The notes under the pieces were generated by a model. It was given only the letters and a program-made list of their open reading frames with translations. It was not told the DNA's origin and did not search any database. DNA of 53,184 nucleotides, counting the filler, from Basidiobolus ranarum (lineage: Eukaryota), in assembly GCA_040143965.1 (NCBI GenBank). It is 2 parts of 2 records of this genome, joined end to end, with 100 filler letters (N's around TTAATTAATTAA, not from the genome) between each part and the next. Parts side by side here need not be neighbours in the genome. Positions count along the whole stretch, not along the records: positions 1 to 26,657 come from JASJQH010000130.1; positions 26,758 to 53,184 come from JASJQH010000131.1. One strand, written 5' to 3'. Below are positions 15,061 to 27,002 of the stretch, piece after piece. The translations under genes and the position numbers were made by a program. The first letter of the stretch is position 1; each line of letters starts with the position of its first letter.

Positions 15061-15657
15061 GGTTTGTTATAGTTAGAACTAGTCAAGTAGAGGCATCAAG
15101 AAGTATCAAGTCATTCATGAAATCATCACATTTGGGAAATGGGCGATTTTCATCTTAATTCAGAGATGAATCCAATTGGTTTATTTCAATGGATATTCTC
15201 CTCTAAATCAAAGAAATACCATGATTGATCGAGTACAATCAGACAATCAAAGTTCGAATGTTAACTAAGGAAACTCATCAAAAGAGTATAAAGGATCGTA
15301 TAGATATATGTATTGAAATACCGAGTTCCAATGGAGCTTGAATCTCGCAAAACTAAATGTTTGTACAAAAATAAAAATAATTGGAGATCAGAAGCATTCA
15401 CCACTTCCATTAGCGTGACAATAAGTGGTCTAAATGACGAAGAATAAAAGATGAGAATTCACAATAACCAGGGTTAAGAGGGCATGAATGAATTCCGAAT
15501 ATGGTAGAGGGTAGGGTTATTGAATGCGGGTTAACATGCATCGGTCAAGCGAGCAAAAGAATGGCGGATGTACGGAAGGTGTGAGATGGGTAGTCAACGA
15601 AGCACTCGGTAGATGGGTTAAACACCACGGAATGCCTCTTTGCATCTCGTGGATGTT

Positions 15658-17044
15658 TTACATTGAGTAGCGACGAATTCGACGACGGCGCAGGGGTGTT
15701 TCGACCTCAGAATCCTCTGATTGGTATTCAATTTCACGAGTTTCCTCATCGTCAGACTCTGCGTCTGAGAGCTCCGTAAACTCCACCTGACGATCAGGTG
15801 AAATGTGCTCCATGGCATTAGCGACTTGGGCGCTTGCAAGCTCTATGAGGTATCTATCCAGTAGTAATGCCCCCAAGGTGAAAAGCAAAGTCCAATAAAT
15901 CATCGAAATGACCGTCTTACTTTGATCGTAGATGCCAACTGTTCCCTCTGGTTCAGTAAGACTCACCTGTCCACCATTATCATCTGCAGAAGTAAAAGAA
16001 CGCATGGATTGAGTGGAGTTTCTCTTACGCGGAGTCAAGGTTGGCAACACCAATTTACGTTGGATCTGGTACGGCTCTTGCTCTTGGCCCTCGCTAACTA
16101 CCTGACACCAAAACCTCAATTCTGTTGTATTCTTTTTCACTGATTTATCTGGCAAAGGAGGTTTAAAGCTCGTCACTTGAGACGACGCCTCTAATTGCTC
16201 CTTTTCAATTTCCTCTCTCAACTTTTGACGAATTGGTGTAATAAGGGAAGCCGAAGATGCCAATTCTTCGTCTAGATCTTCTGAATAACTAACCTCCAGC
16301 GGTGGCTCTGTACTGATAGCCGCCTTAGCATCGTTCAAGAGGTGATCAAGCATGTCACAAACACGACCATAACCGGTATCTTCCCCGCTGGATTCCTCAA
16401 AGGAAGATTCGACAACTTCCTCACAATTTGGTTCCAAGATAGAAGAATTTTCAAGTAACTTCATAAAAGAAATAAGTATTTCATAAAGTTTGAGAAAATC
16501 TACATATAGCTAACCATACCAGTTCATTCGACTTTTGAGATGCTTGAGGGGTTGGAGTACTCGGAGGACTTGGTTCCCGAACATCCAAACGATTGATAGA
16601 TTTATTGATTCTAAAGCAAAAAAATGTTATTTTTTTTCAAAAACAGTAAAGGCCATATTAAAAGGGACGATGGTGTACTCTGATAAATGTGTTTTCACAT
16701 CCTTGTAAGCAAATGTTTGAAACTCTAGCATAGTTTGCATAGAAGAGCACAGGCTTTCCAAATGAACCATCTAAAATGAATAAAAAAACATATTGGTTAA
16801 ACTAGAAAATTCAATAAACGTTATGATTTTGTTCACAACACAATAGAACTAAACTTACCTTATCCAACATTAGAGTATCCTTCACTGGAGTTTCTGGATG
16901 GTTCCTTTTGGGAGTAGTGGAAAACGTTTCCAGAGTCTCTAGGCCCGCTTTGCGGTCGCTAACTACAGTCGAATACGGTGGTGGTGACTCTACAATAGGC
17001 TTGTTGATGTCATTGAGCAACTCGTTTATTCTATCGACGTTCAT
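15658..17044 (-). CDS. Unknown protein with N-terminal PPPY motif and a C-proximal transmembrane segment (multi-exon)
   Basis: 77-aa first-exon ORF with GTAAGT donor, small internal exons, and a 268-aa terminal ORF with hydrophobic MIYWTLLFTLGALLL. Confidence 0.65.
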
Positions 17045-19117
17045 GTGAGTAGATAATTATTAGACAAGAACTAAAGTGGTTTCCAACTATCAATAATATT
17101 GTGGAGGTAGAGGGGAACCAAACGAATAACTGAAGAAACTGAAGAAAAGTTAAGGAATAAAGGTTTAAGAAATCAGACTGCCCATACTCCCTAAAATTAA
17201 CGTTAAATATCCATGGCTCCAATACAACATGATCGAAATGATCGTTAAATACTTATGGCTCAATAGAATTTGCTATTCTCACCTAAAAGCGTAATATGAA
17301 ATTGATTGGAATTACTGAGTTGTTGGATCGACATCATTATTTGTGACGCCCAAATAAGTGAGTGATAGTTTTACATTCATAACAATCGAAACTCTTAAAC
17401 GACTCAAAACAACGAACTCTACACCTCACTTTGCAAAACAATCCAAGATCAATCGTTGGATCTGTAAAGGCAGTTTCAAGTATTTTTAAGTTGCAATCGG
17501 CCCAATGCAAATATTATGATTTTTATGCATAGATTTGCCGAACTTGGCACAGGTTAATCAAATTCAAGCTCTCTTAAATACAACTTAATCAAACCCTTAA
17601 ATACACTTAGTCAACCTCCTAAACACTCCTTAATCATTTTCTTCGTAAATGAAGATGCAAGTTAATCAAATTGCTCTTAAATGAACAACAAGTAAAAACC
17701 TGTACTACATCCCAACTAACCCTAAGTCTTCTAAACGAAGTTTGCATAACGGTGACTTAAACTAGTATTAGGCTAAGTAGGTGAGCACAAGAAACGAATT
17801 TTTATAACTAACCCTAGATTTCTTCTAACCCTAACCCTAATGCTTTCCCACATTCTTGGTATAAACTTGAGAATAATTCAACCACGACTTAGACAACTAA
17901 CTCTTGCGCCTACTCACTACGTCATTCTAACTTTAACTAAACAGGCAAGGCTTCAAGCATCCCAGAAATGCTATGTGGTACCAAATTAAAACTCATGTGT
18001 CAAAGACTCCATCGACAAGTGTATATCGACCATCAAAGGCTCGATTATCAAATGTATGTATGCACGCTATACAAATCACTCGGCTACAAGTTACCGGGAG
18101 AGCATGATTGGGTTGTTTACTGCATCTTATATGTCTAATCTCAGGAATAATAAAATAGATCTTGGAAGATAGGGTCGGCTCTGAACTAGCACTTGCATTC
18201 ATACCAAGAATGTACTTCTATATCTGGCTTGGATTATTTAGGAATGAGTGGCATGTGAAAGATAGGATCGTCTAGACATGATTGATTAAAGGGTACAGGG
18301 TAAGTACAAGGCAAAATAGACACTGTCAACAGTAGCAGTGTTTGGAGAAAGCAGGAAAAGATGGCACAAATGTACTAGGTGGTGAACGTGGTGAATATGG
18401 GGAGGGTTAGGTGAGAGCGATCATGATAAGCAACACCTTTAGAAACCACCTTTTCCAATCAATTTTAGGGCAATAAAGCGGGTTTTATTAGCACTCAGAG
18501 ATGCAGTTGAATGTTACTCAGGAATAATGACAGTGGTACATTTGTATGTAACCTAATCTTCGGTGTATATTTGTATTGATTTGTATTCGCTGGACTTGTG
18601 CTGGTATTTGTAACTACTTTCGAGTAGTTAGCAGCAGGCGCCTATTGGCTGATGGCCGATATACGGTCAACATAATATGGTAATGTGCCGAGACGTGCGC
18701 ACAACCATTCACATACGAAATCATTATATATCTGGCATAGCTTGCCTTGTCGATACCTATTGGTGCCAACCAATGTTACATACTATATATGGATGATATC
18801 AGTTCTATTCTATCGGGTATTATTAAGGACAGGTAGAGTGATAAACACATAGTATAAGGATATGGAAAATCGGCAGTGTTTACATTAAATATTGTGATTT
18901 GGGGGGGTGAAGGGGTTTCTCTGACAATATATATTACTGAACTGCCCAGACTTGATCGCGTTCTTTGTCCGCACAAGCGGTTTTTGAGCCTCCTTCACAC
19001 TCCACAGGATTTCTTCCCGACTAGTACTCGCCACACTTCTTTGGATTTTACTCTTCTATTACTCGCCCGTGTTACCGTGACAATTAAATATTGTCCACTT
19101 CATTTACTCTGACCATC

Positions 19118-19588
19118 ATGTCCGCTGCGCGTTCTCTAAATTCCGATCCACAGACCTATCTACCCTTACTATGTTTGGCACTTCTGCCTCTTCTAATCTT
19201 GGCCTCATGTTACCAAACAAATCCAAGTTACATAGTGGTTGGTGGGAATGAATATACGCCAAAGACCAACATAGAGTTAATCCTTGATAATTCCACATCA
19301 TATGACACATTTGCTTACGCCCCTAAAGCCAATCCTTTCAGAAGCATTCACACTCACTCGATCGATCAAGCCCTAATCCAACTTCGCCTTCTAAAAGGAC
19401 GAGAAGCCTCGGAATCACTTGACTATTACCACGCAAAACGTATGAATCCCCCTCAAATCAGTGTGCAAGTAGTGAACTGGCTTGGTAGCTTTTTACCTTC
19501 CAAGCAGACACAAAGTATGATGTTTACTGCAGCCAAGTATTGCGGTATTGCCATGTTCTTGGTGGTTATCAAAGAGGCCATATATTGA
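19118..19588 (+). CDS. Small unknown protein with N- and C-terminal hydrophobic segments
   Basis: 156-aa ORF from the first ATG; LPLLCLALLPLLILASC and YCGIAMFLVVI. Confidence 0.6.
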   Translation: MSAARSLNSDPQTYLPLLCLALLPLLILASCYQTNPSYIVVGGNEYTPKTNIELILDNSTSYDTFAYAPKANPFRSIHTHSIDQALIQLRLLKGREASESLDYYHAKRMNPPQISVQVVNWLGSFLPSKQTQSMMFTAAKYCGIAMFLVVIKEAIY

Positions 19589-20881
19589 AAATGACCACCA
19601 GATACGACGACAGATATCCTCGACTTAGACTACTATATGACTTTACTTCGTTTAATAACTTATTTTCACATCTTTTCTTTTTTTACTTGCATCCTGATCC
19701 ACAGGCATGTTTTGATTCACTACTACTGGGATTTTCTTTATTTGACCAACGTTTTTGAGCATAGGCACCCATCAGCACCCACCCGCATCCTCACACCCTA
19801 TTTGTATGTATAAAAAGAATGTACAGCATGATTCTCTTTTACTCCACCTGTGGATGTTTTTGAACTAATTTTCAACATTCACCCCTATTCACGTGACATC
19901 TACAACATTAATTCCATTTCCTGAATAAAAACCATCTCAGTCAATTCAAGTATTCGGTACTAGTCAGGGTGAGGGTAGGGCGAGGGCGTTATCAGCACGT
20001 TTATGGGCATTCGCGTGTTTTCACTGTTCTAGAACACTGGTACCCGAGTCTCATATATGATTCTAGAAAATCCAGCCAAGTCCTGAATCATGTAAACATT
20101 CATTGATTGGGTGAAAATTCTCCTCAAAAAGGGACATTCAAATCAGTGCATACATAATGGTCACTACCCTAAACAAGTATCTTTCTATTGTTTAGATTGT
20201 TCCTAGCTGGTCGTTGTTTCAGTTGGAAGGATTAACAGTGACCCATTCGATTATAATATCCCCCGACGTATTTCAGAATACAATATTTCGAAATGCTGAT
20301 GTAGGATAAGCAATTCTCAACTTGCTTACCCTAGATTCCTCCATTACATGACCGACTGCGGCATTGAAATGTTGGAACATGGATATGGGATCGGAGTCAT
20401 GAGGGAAACAGGCAGAAGAATCATCTACATCATTCCAGCACGTGATTCCTATTTCTGCGTCACAAGTTGTTACGAAGTAAACAAGAGTTCATTGGCCAAG
20501 GTGAAGCAGAATGTTACCACTCAGCTACTGTTACAGAACTCAGGTAATAAATAATTTGTTTACATCAAAGTTTCAACAAATCAATGAATTAAAAAATATT
20601 CCACACCAAACAGATTAACTTCTTTCAATATTAGTATTCATCCAAATTTTCCATATTCTTGTTTACTCTTCTCACTTCCCAGTTGAATTTTTCGTTTTTC
20701 GTTTTTCGCACTTTACCTTTTTATCCACTTTATCTAAAAGGAAAATTTCATTGACAATATATTTTACTTTTTACACTATTAATTTCAAGTTCGATCTATC
20801 CATTTACCACCACATTCCCTTCATAACTTTATTTTGTGAGGATTTGAAAAGTCATTTTATTATATACACATTTTCAATCTA

Positions 20882-22528
20882 ATGGCTGCTTGTGCTTCAT
20901 ACCGTCCACACGACAAATCCACAAAGATAGATGCGGGTTTATCTTCGGAAGAAGATAATAAACATTCATATGATCGTCATTCGATAACTTCCGAAATGGA
21001 TTCTGATGAAGATATACTGAAAACCCCCAAACCACTTCGTACTTCTGAAACCAACAAAACTCCCGATTCAACACGTAAACGTAATAATGGACGTTCAAGT
21101 GGACGTACTAAACGTAAGAAGCTTAACAAACCACGTTGGCATACACAAATGTACATAATGTTTTTGGCTTTACGTCAACACCCAAAAAGAGAAGCTTCAA
21201 GAACGGAACTTATTAAAGCGGCAGTTAGTTTAGATAAGAAAATTTCGGAAGAACGAAATTTACCTAGGGTTTTCACTGGAAAAGTAAGTATTTTACTACC
21301 TTCTCTTTTCTTCCCATACATTCTTGTGTTTCCTTTTTTTTCTTTGGAACTAATCAATGTTTATGAAAATTCTTGTTTACTTTAGACTCCAATGAATAGT
21401 GCTAGTGCTTGTTTGACAACAAATGGTGATAAATACTTTATTCCTTTTAAACCAGAGGGGGCCAAATCTACCCACTTCCGTTTGGCTTATGAACCAGGAA
21501 ATTTTGAAAGTGCTCGTGCAGAATATAACAAATGGATGGATAAATTAATTAAACACGACTGGCCAGTTTGCTTTGGTAAACGAATGGAAGATTCTATAAA
21601 TGAAAGAACTAGAGTGGAAGAATCTGTTGTGGAGGATACTAAAGTTGAGGAATTAATGGATGAAGAGATCAAGGTGGATGAATCAATTGATGAGAAAGTT
21701 GATACTGATGGATCTATCGTGAAGAATATTATTACCGAAGAGTCTATCTCGGATAATTTGGAAATCGTAGAGTCTATTCCCACTGATATCACCATTGAGG
21801 AATCAACTAGTGAAGCTATCAAGGTTGAAGAGATCGTTATCGAGAGCACCAAGACGGTGGAGTCGAGCACTCAAGGTGTCAATATCGAAGTGTCCAGTAC
21901 GGAAGTTGAACGCACTACTATCGAGAAGACCGAAAGCGATGAGTTAGTAAAGACAGAAACTAATGGAAACTCAGAAGCAGCTTTGACTTCCGAAGAAACT
22001 CCAGTTGATAAACTTGACGAAAATTGTATCGAGAAACCCAGAATCAAGCTCAACTGTCCAACTAGGTTGGATGAGATAATTGAAGTGAGAGACTCCTCTA
22101 TTCCTAATGCAGGCCGTGGTTTATGGGCAGTGCGTTTCATTCCAGCCTGGACACCACTAGGCTTCTATTTCGGTGTTCCGATGACTGAAGATGAGTTTGA
22201 TTCTTTAAAAGATGGGGTTGGACTTGCCTCTCATTACTCTATTATGTATCGTCGTACTGTCTTGGATGCAACCGACGAGAAAGGCATGCCCTTCACGGAT
22301 CCTAACGGACCCATCTGGTGTCCATATCATTTCATGAACGAAGATGTTAGACGTGGTAATGTTGCCTTCTTAGAAGGTTACATCGTGAATCAGATAATAT
22401 GTATGACCACGCGTGACGTCGAAGTTGGTGAAGAGTTATTCGCATACTACGGCTCTGAGGTCGATCGTGGAAATTGGAAAAAAGACTCGACAGATGTCTC
22501 TCAATCAGAACCAGACTCCGAGCCATAA
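20882..22528 (+). CDS. Putative winged-helix (HARE-HTH-like) + acidic repeat linker + SET domain protein (intron 21284-21385)
   Basis: Splice gives ...RVFTGK|TPMNSASACLT; C-terminal SET motifs SSIPNAGRGLWA, FMN and RDVEVGEELFAYYG; basic NLS-like RTKRKKLNK. Confidence 0.85.
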
Positions 22529-22962
22529 AAATATACTTAGTAAAGGGAATTCGCACACTCGATTTAGCTTCACCTCATTTCATCTTGATTCCAACACCAA
22601 CGTTTATATGTATGTTGACGGTGTAGATTATGAATACTCCCCTATCGGACTTTGTACAGGATAAATCACTTCATTGAAATAAATGACCCCATTTTCATTT
22701 GATGCTAGTATTGATGGATTTATAGATAAGCAACAGCACGTGAAAGTATGTTTTGGATTTTCTTTATTCTATACACTGGCAACTATACAATGGTTCAGAT
22801 TGAATAGCCGAAGGTTAACAAAGGGGGAAAGAAAGAAAAGTTCTATAGTGCGTGTTGCAGTGCATCATTTAACCACAGATATATATTTGAGGCCTCAGCA
22901 CCTTAATTATTATAAGGGTGTTACTTCGGCAATACGTAAACTCTATGGAATATGAATTTGAT

Positions 22963-23343
22963 TTAGATGAGGAGTTTCTCGATTTGAAGCTTGAGGGTTT
23001 GGATTTGGGGCTTCAAGTCGGAACCTTCGTTGGTGGTAACGGAGCAGGCAACGACTGGTCTGGAGACACCACAGGCACGGCCGAGGGCAACCTTGGAAGG
23101 AACGAAGACGTAAGGGACGTTCTTATCTTCGCAAAGGAGAGGAAGATGGAGAAGGATTTCAATGGGCTCAGTATCGGCGGCCATGACAATGAACTCGGAG
23201 ATACCACGATTTAAGGTCTTGGTAGCTTCATTAGCACCCTTCTTCAATTGCTTGTAGTGGGAAGCTTGTTGAACGAGATCAACAATGGTGTTGCTGAGAG
23301 CAGCATCAGCAAGAGGGAAAGCCTTGGGGTTAGGAGTGGACAT
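22963..23343 (-). CDS. SNU13: Snu13/15.5K kink-turn RNA-binding protein (L7Ae family), intronless
   Basis: NPKAFPLA...[53 protein letters not shown]. Confidence 0.98.
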   Translation of the reverse strand: MSTPNPKAFPLADAALSNTIVDLVQQASHYKQLKKGANEATKTLNRGISEFIVMAADTEPIEILLHLPLLCEDKNVPYVFVPSKVALGRACGVSRPVVACSVTTNEGSDLKPQIQTLKLQIEKLLI

Positions 23344-23734
23344 ATTCGATTGAAAGGTGAGTTGAAGAACGATTAATCTCGAAAACTCAACTACTAATAA
23401 ATGCTCGTAATGGGAAAAAAAAAGGCTTGGAAAAAAAAAATACTAAAAAAAAAGAATATTACGGAAAACCATCATCCTACTGATTGGTAGAGTGATTAGT
23501 GGAGTAACTTGAAATTGGTGCAATACTCGACTTAAACAAAAATTACCATTCCAACCATTACTTCACACGTACCCAATGATACTTCACCATTCTCCACAGC
23601 CATTAACAGCAACAGTCAGGGAATGAAGGGATAAAACTGATCGAACTCAATATTGCGCATAAATATGTGACATGTGACATTTGGTTGAGCTCTTCTTATC
23701 ACCAAGTGACTGCTCAAGCGTAAGTGTCGACATC

Positions 23735-24337
23735 ATGGATCGTAGTTCGCAGTACGGCTCGTTTCCCTCAGAAACTATGGATAACCATAAAGAAAGCTTA
23801 CAACAAAGACTAAGCGAGAAACTCGAGAGTAAAGCCTCTCATTTGTTTATTCTTTTTTTAGTGTTTTTGGACTTGTGTATTGTCTTGGTAGAGATTAGTA
23901 TCACTTTGTTGGAGCAAGAGGAACTTGAAGAACTTGTTATTATCGACATATTATCATATATATCCCTTGCCATTCTTACTATTTTCATTCTGGAAAACGT
24001 ACTTAAACTTGTGGTGTTTGGTCCACTGTATTATATCAAGGGTAAACATGGTTGGCTTCATGCGCTTGATGCTATAATTGTGGCGACATCTTTCATCTTA
24101 GAGCTTACCCTTAAAGGGAGACAAAGGGAAATCGCCTCACTACTTATTCTGTTTCGTTTTTGGCGTATCTTGAGAGTCATTGATGCTGTGGCTATCTCCG
24201 TTGACCTAAACAACGAAAGAAACATTCGTCAACTTGAAGAGCAATGTGCGCTACTAGAAGAGAGACTGAAAGACCAGGAAGAAGAGAACATGATTTTAAG
24301 AAAAGAACTTCAGATGGAAAGAAGACGACGCCAGTAA
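23735..24337 (+). CDS. HVCN1: Voltage-gated proton channel Hv1
   Basis: Four TM helices with no pore domain. S1 Asp (LVFLDL), S2 IFILE, S3 LDAIIV, S4 signature RxWRxxR (FRFWRILRV), then a C-terminal coiled coil. Confidence 0.92.
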   Translation: MDRSSQYGSFPSETMDNHKESLQQRLSEKLESKASHLFILFLVFLDLCIVLVEISITLLEQEELEELVIIDILSYISLAILTIFILENVLKLVVFGPLYYIKGKHGWLHALDAIIVATSFILELTLKGRQREIASLLILFRFWRILRVIDAVAISVDLNNERNIRQLEEQCALLEERLKDQEEENMILRKELQMERRRRQ

Positions 24338-24815
24338 ACGTATCCTGTATCTCGTATCTCCAATACCTACTACATCGTGTGCATGTATCAAAGCCTTCGA
24401 AATCAGTATTAGCCTATGTACTATAAATAGCATATTTATCGCTTAATTCACTACAGTCTGATGATTAATTTAATCAGACATATAAACATGTTTATGCCAA
24501 TAGTTGGGGAAGTTGTTTTTATGTTAGATCCGCACCCTCACGTTCACGCTTCATTAATTAATTTGTCGGAAAAAAATAGAATCAATGTATGATTTTATGT
24601 ATTAATTGGTTAAACTGGAGATTGGAAGGGCGATGGCTATTTTTTTTTTCTGATTATGAGAGTTTATTTCATAGTTGATTGGATGGGTGTGATTTACGAG
24701 TGATTTGGTGATTATTCTCCTTGAAAGACACGAGGGGTATTCCAAAGAGTTTAAGCTATTCTCAAATCTCAGTACTTTTAGCACAAAGTTACCCAAGAAA
24801 GCTTGCAAAATAAAC

Positions 24816-26149
24816 ATGTCTGCGCTCAACGGCAGTATCACAATAGCAACTGAGTCTTCTTCTCCTCTAGCTGTTCATACACAACCAGCTGAGGAATTGC
24901 AAACTGCTGTCGCGCCTACAGCTACTGATTCACTAACCGATCTTAATATCACTCCCGTTTTCCCCACTGGTGAGATGAGTTTATGTGAAGTTCATGAAGA
25001 TTCTATCAAGTCACTCCAAACCTCTTTTGCTCCTGAAGAAACACAAGAGGCTATACCACAGGTTGTTCATACTGTGGAGTCTGTGCAGGAACAAGTGGAG
25101 CATACTTTAGAGCAAGTTGAGCATTTCGCGAACTTGGAACGTATGGAGGAGGAAGCACATCAACTTCAAGAGATGCAGGTTTTGCAGGGTGAGGTTGTTC
25201 CACAGCAAATAAAGAACGAGGTTATCCAGACCGCCCCTCACGCTGAACCAGTTCAGAATATGGATTATTCACTAACTCCTGCTTCAACTATTGAAGAGAA
25301 TAGTCCTACGCGCGAAGTCTCTACTCCTTCCTATATGGATAAGTCCAACAAAGAGAGAGAGCTGTCTGCTTCTTCGAAACGCGAGCGTTCTGAAAATTGG
25401 CAACATTCTGAGACCAAGCTTCTTCTCAAATTGTGGGAAAAGTATTACAATGAACTTAAAAAATATAAGCGTAATTCTACCGTCTGGGATCGTATTGCTG
25501 AGGAGCTTCGGGCAGCAGGCTTTGATCGTAACGCTGCTCAATGCAAGAGTCGTGTTCGTGTCTTGATGGCTAAATATAAGGTGAGTTTTTATCGAGTTAA
25601 GTTTGTTTCTACTTCTTCTAAAGCAAATCATTAACATAGGCTTGTCTTGTTGACGACATGGAGGATGTTGAAGCTGTTGAAGGTTTTGATTACTATAATG
25701 ACCTCAAGAAGCTTGTATCTGGCAACTTCACTCATATCGGTACTCCTGACCACAAGGATTCCAAGTCCTCATCGCCCAACCCTTTCAATATAATGCGTAC
25801 TACCAACGGAGCCCTCACATTAGGAGACGATTCTATGATTGATGAGGACGAGCATGAACACGACTCCACCGGTGCTCATTCACAAAAGAAGCGTAAAATG
25901 ACCGACCAGCTTTGTGAGCTTGTCACCTACCTCATTCAACGTGACGAAAAGCGCGCCAAGGAACGCGAGGAGGAATTACAAATTCGCCAGCAAAGACATG
26001 AAGCCAAACTGAAAGAACGTGCAGAAAAAATTCAACGACGCGAGGAACGTGCGAGAGCCAGAGAACAAGAGATGCAGCGAGTGTTCAACACCCAACTTGA
26101 ATTGATGAAATCCCTTGTCGATACTATTAACCGGCCTGCGGAGCTTTAA
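24816..26149 (+). CDS. Trihelix / Myb-SANT-like DNA-binding (GT-factor-like) transcription factor (intron 25581-25639)
   Basis: NWQHSETKLLLKLW...RNSTVWDRIAEELRAAGFDRNAAQCKSRVRVLMAKYK...FDYYNDL, followed by a C-terminal E/R-rich coiled coil. Confidence 0.88.
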
Positions 26150-26525
26150 TTTCTTATTTACACTCCTGCCGTTCTTTTATGATAGAATTTTCTTGATATT
26201 TTTATTACATCTTCTTGTATTCTTTAGTGAGATTGGGTAAATTATTACCGGTGTGTTCTTAACCAATTCAGTATCTAAAAAGTTACTTTCACATCACATT
26301 CTTGCCAGCCCAATGGCCCAACCTTACATGTTCTTTTCATGCGCTTTGAATGTCACAATAGATGTCGATTCTTGATCAGATCAGGTTCGTTAGAATATAA
26401 CTCAACGTTCAATATGTTAGGGTTAGACTAAGGTATTGGATTGGCAAATTCAAGCATAAAAAGTAAAGCCCATATTTTCGAAAATAACATCGCTGGATTT
26501 GAAAACCACAGATCGAAGGATTTTA

Positions 26526-26657
26526 TTATCTTTTGGCAAGTGGAATGTTGAGATCTTCTTCATCCTGAAACTCGACTTCTTCAGGAAGTTCTTGATCCGC
26601 AAGCTCCTCTTCCTCATCTTCATCATGATACTCATCCTCAGAGTCATCATCTGAGTA
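26526..26657 (-). CDS. Acidic C-terminal fragment of a gene cut by the contig end
   Basis: Reads YSDDDSEDEYHDEDEEEELADQELPEEVEFQDEEDLNIPLAKR* from the N-run; this frame is not the one in the ORF track. Confidence 0.6.
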   Translation of the reverse strand, partial: YSDDDSEDEYHDEDEEEELADQELPEEVEFQDEEDLNIPLAKR

Positions 26658-26757
26658 NNNNNNNNNNNNNNNNNNNNNNNNNNNNNNNNNNNNNNNNNNN
26701 NTTAATTAATTAANNNNNNNNNNNNNNNNNNNNNNNNNNNNNNNNNNNNNNNNNNNN
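26658..26757. other. Artificial contig-joining spacer
   Basis: 44 N + TTAATTAATTAA (26702-26713; stops in all six frames) + 44 N, 100 nt in total. Confidence 0.95.
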
Positions 26758-26925
26758 CCCACTCCACTTAACAGTGTCTTAGATTCTACTGACTTAACTT
26801 TTCTGCTTTGCAACATTCATACAAATACTCCAGATCTCCATACATTAGTTAAGAAATTACAAAAGTAGTTATGGCTTCTTTGTTTTGTTTGAAATAAAGA
26901 TTTCGCCTTTTGGTGACTGTCTCCC

Positions 26926-27002
26926 CCCTAACCCTAAATTAGTATTTAAGCTAAATAAAGTCCACACCATCTGGTGCTTTTCATCCCCCTAACCCTAACC
27001 CT
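26926..27002 (+). repeat. Two short (CCCTAA)2-3 telomere-type tracts near the contig start
   Basis: CCCTAACCCTAA at 26926-26937 and CCCTAACCCTAACCCT at 26987-27002. Confidence 0.8.

Noticed and set aside
22918-23214. Antisense ORF over SNU13, and similar shadow ORFs (1362-1802, 21487-21870, 25284-25637, 29623-30012)
   Set aside because: Explained by codon bias or low complexity of the real gene on the other strand or frame
26702-26713. Palindromic TTAATTAATTAA inside the N-run as a biological element
   Set aside because: Symmetric placement in a 100-nt spacer with six-frame stops marks a synthetic linker; no linkage across it should be inferred
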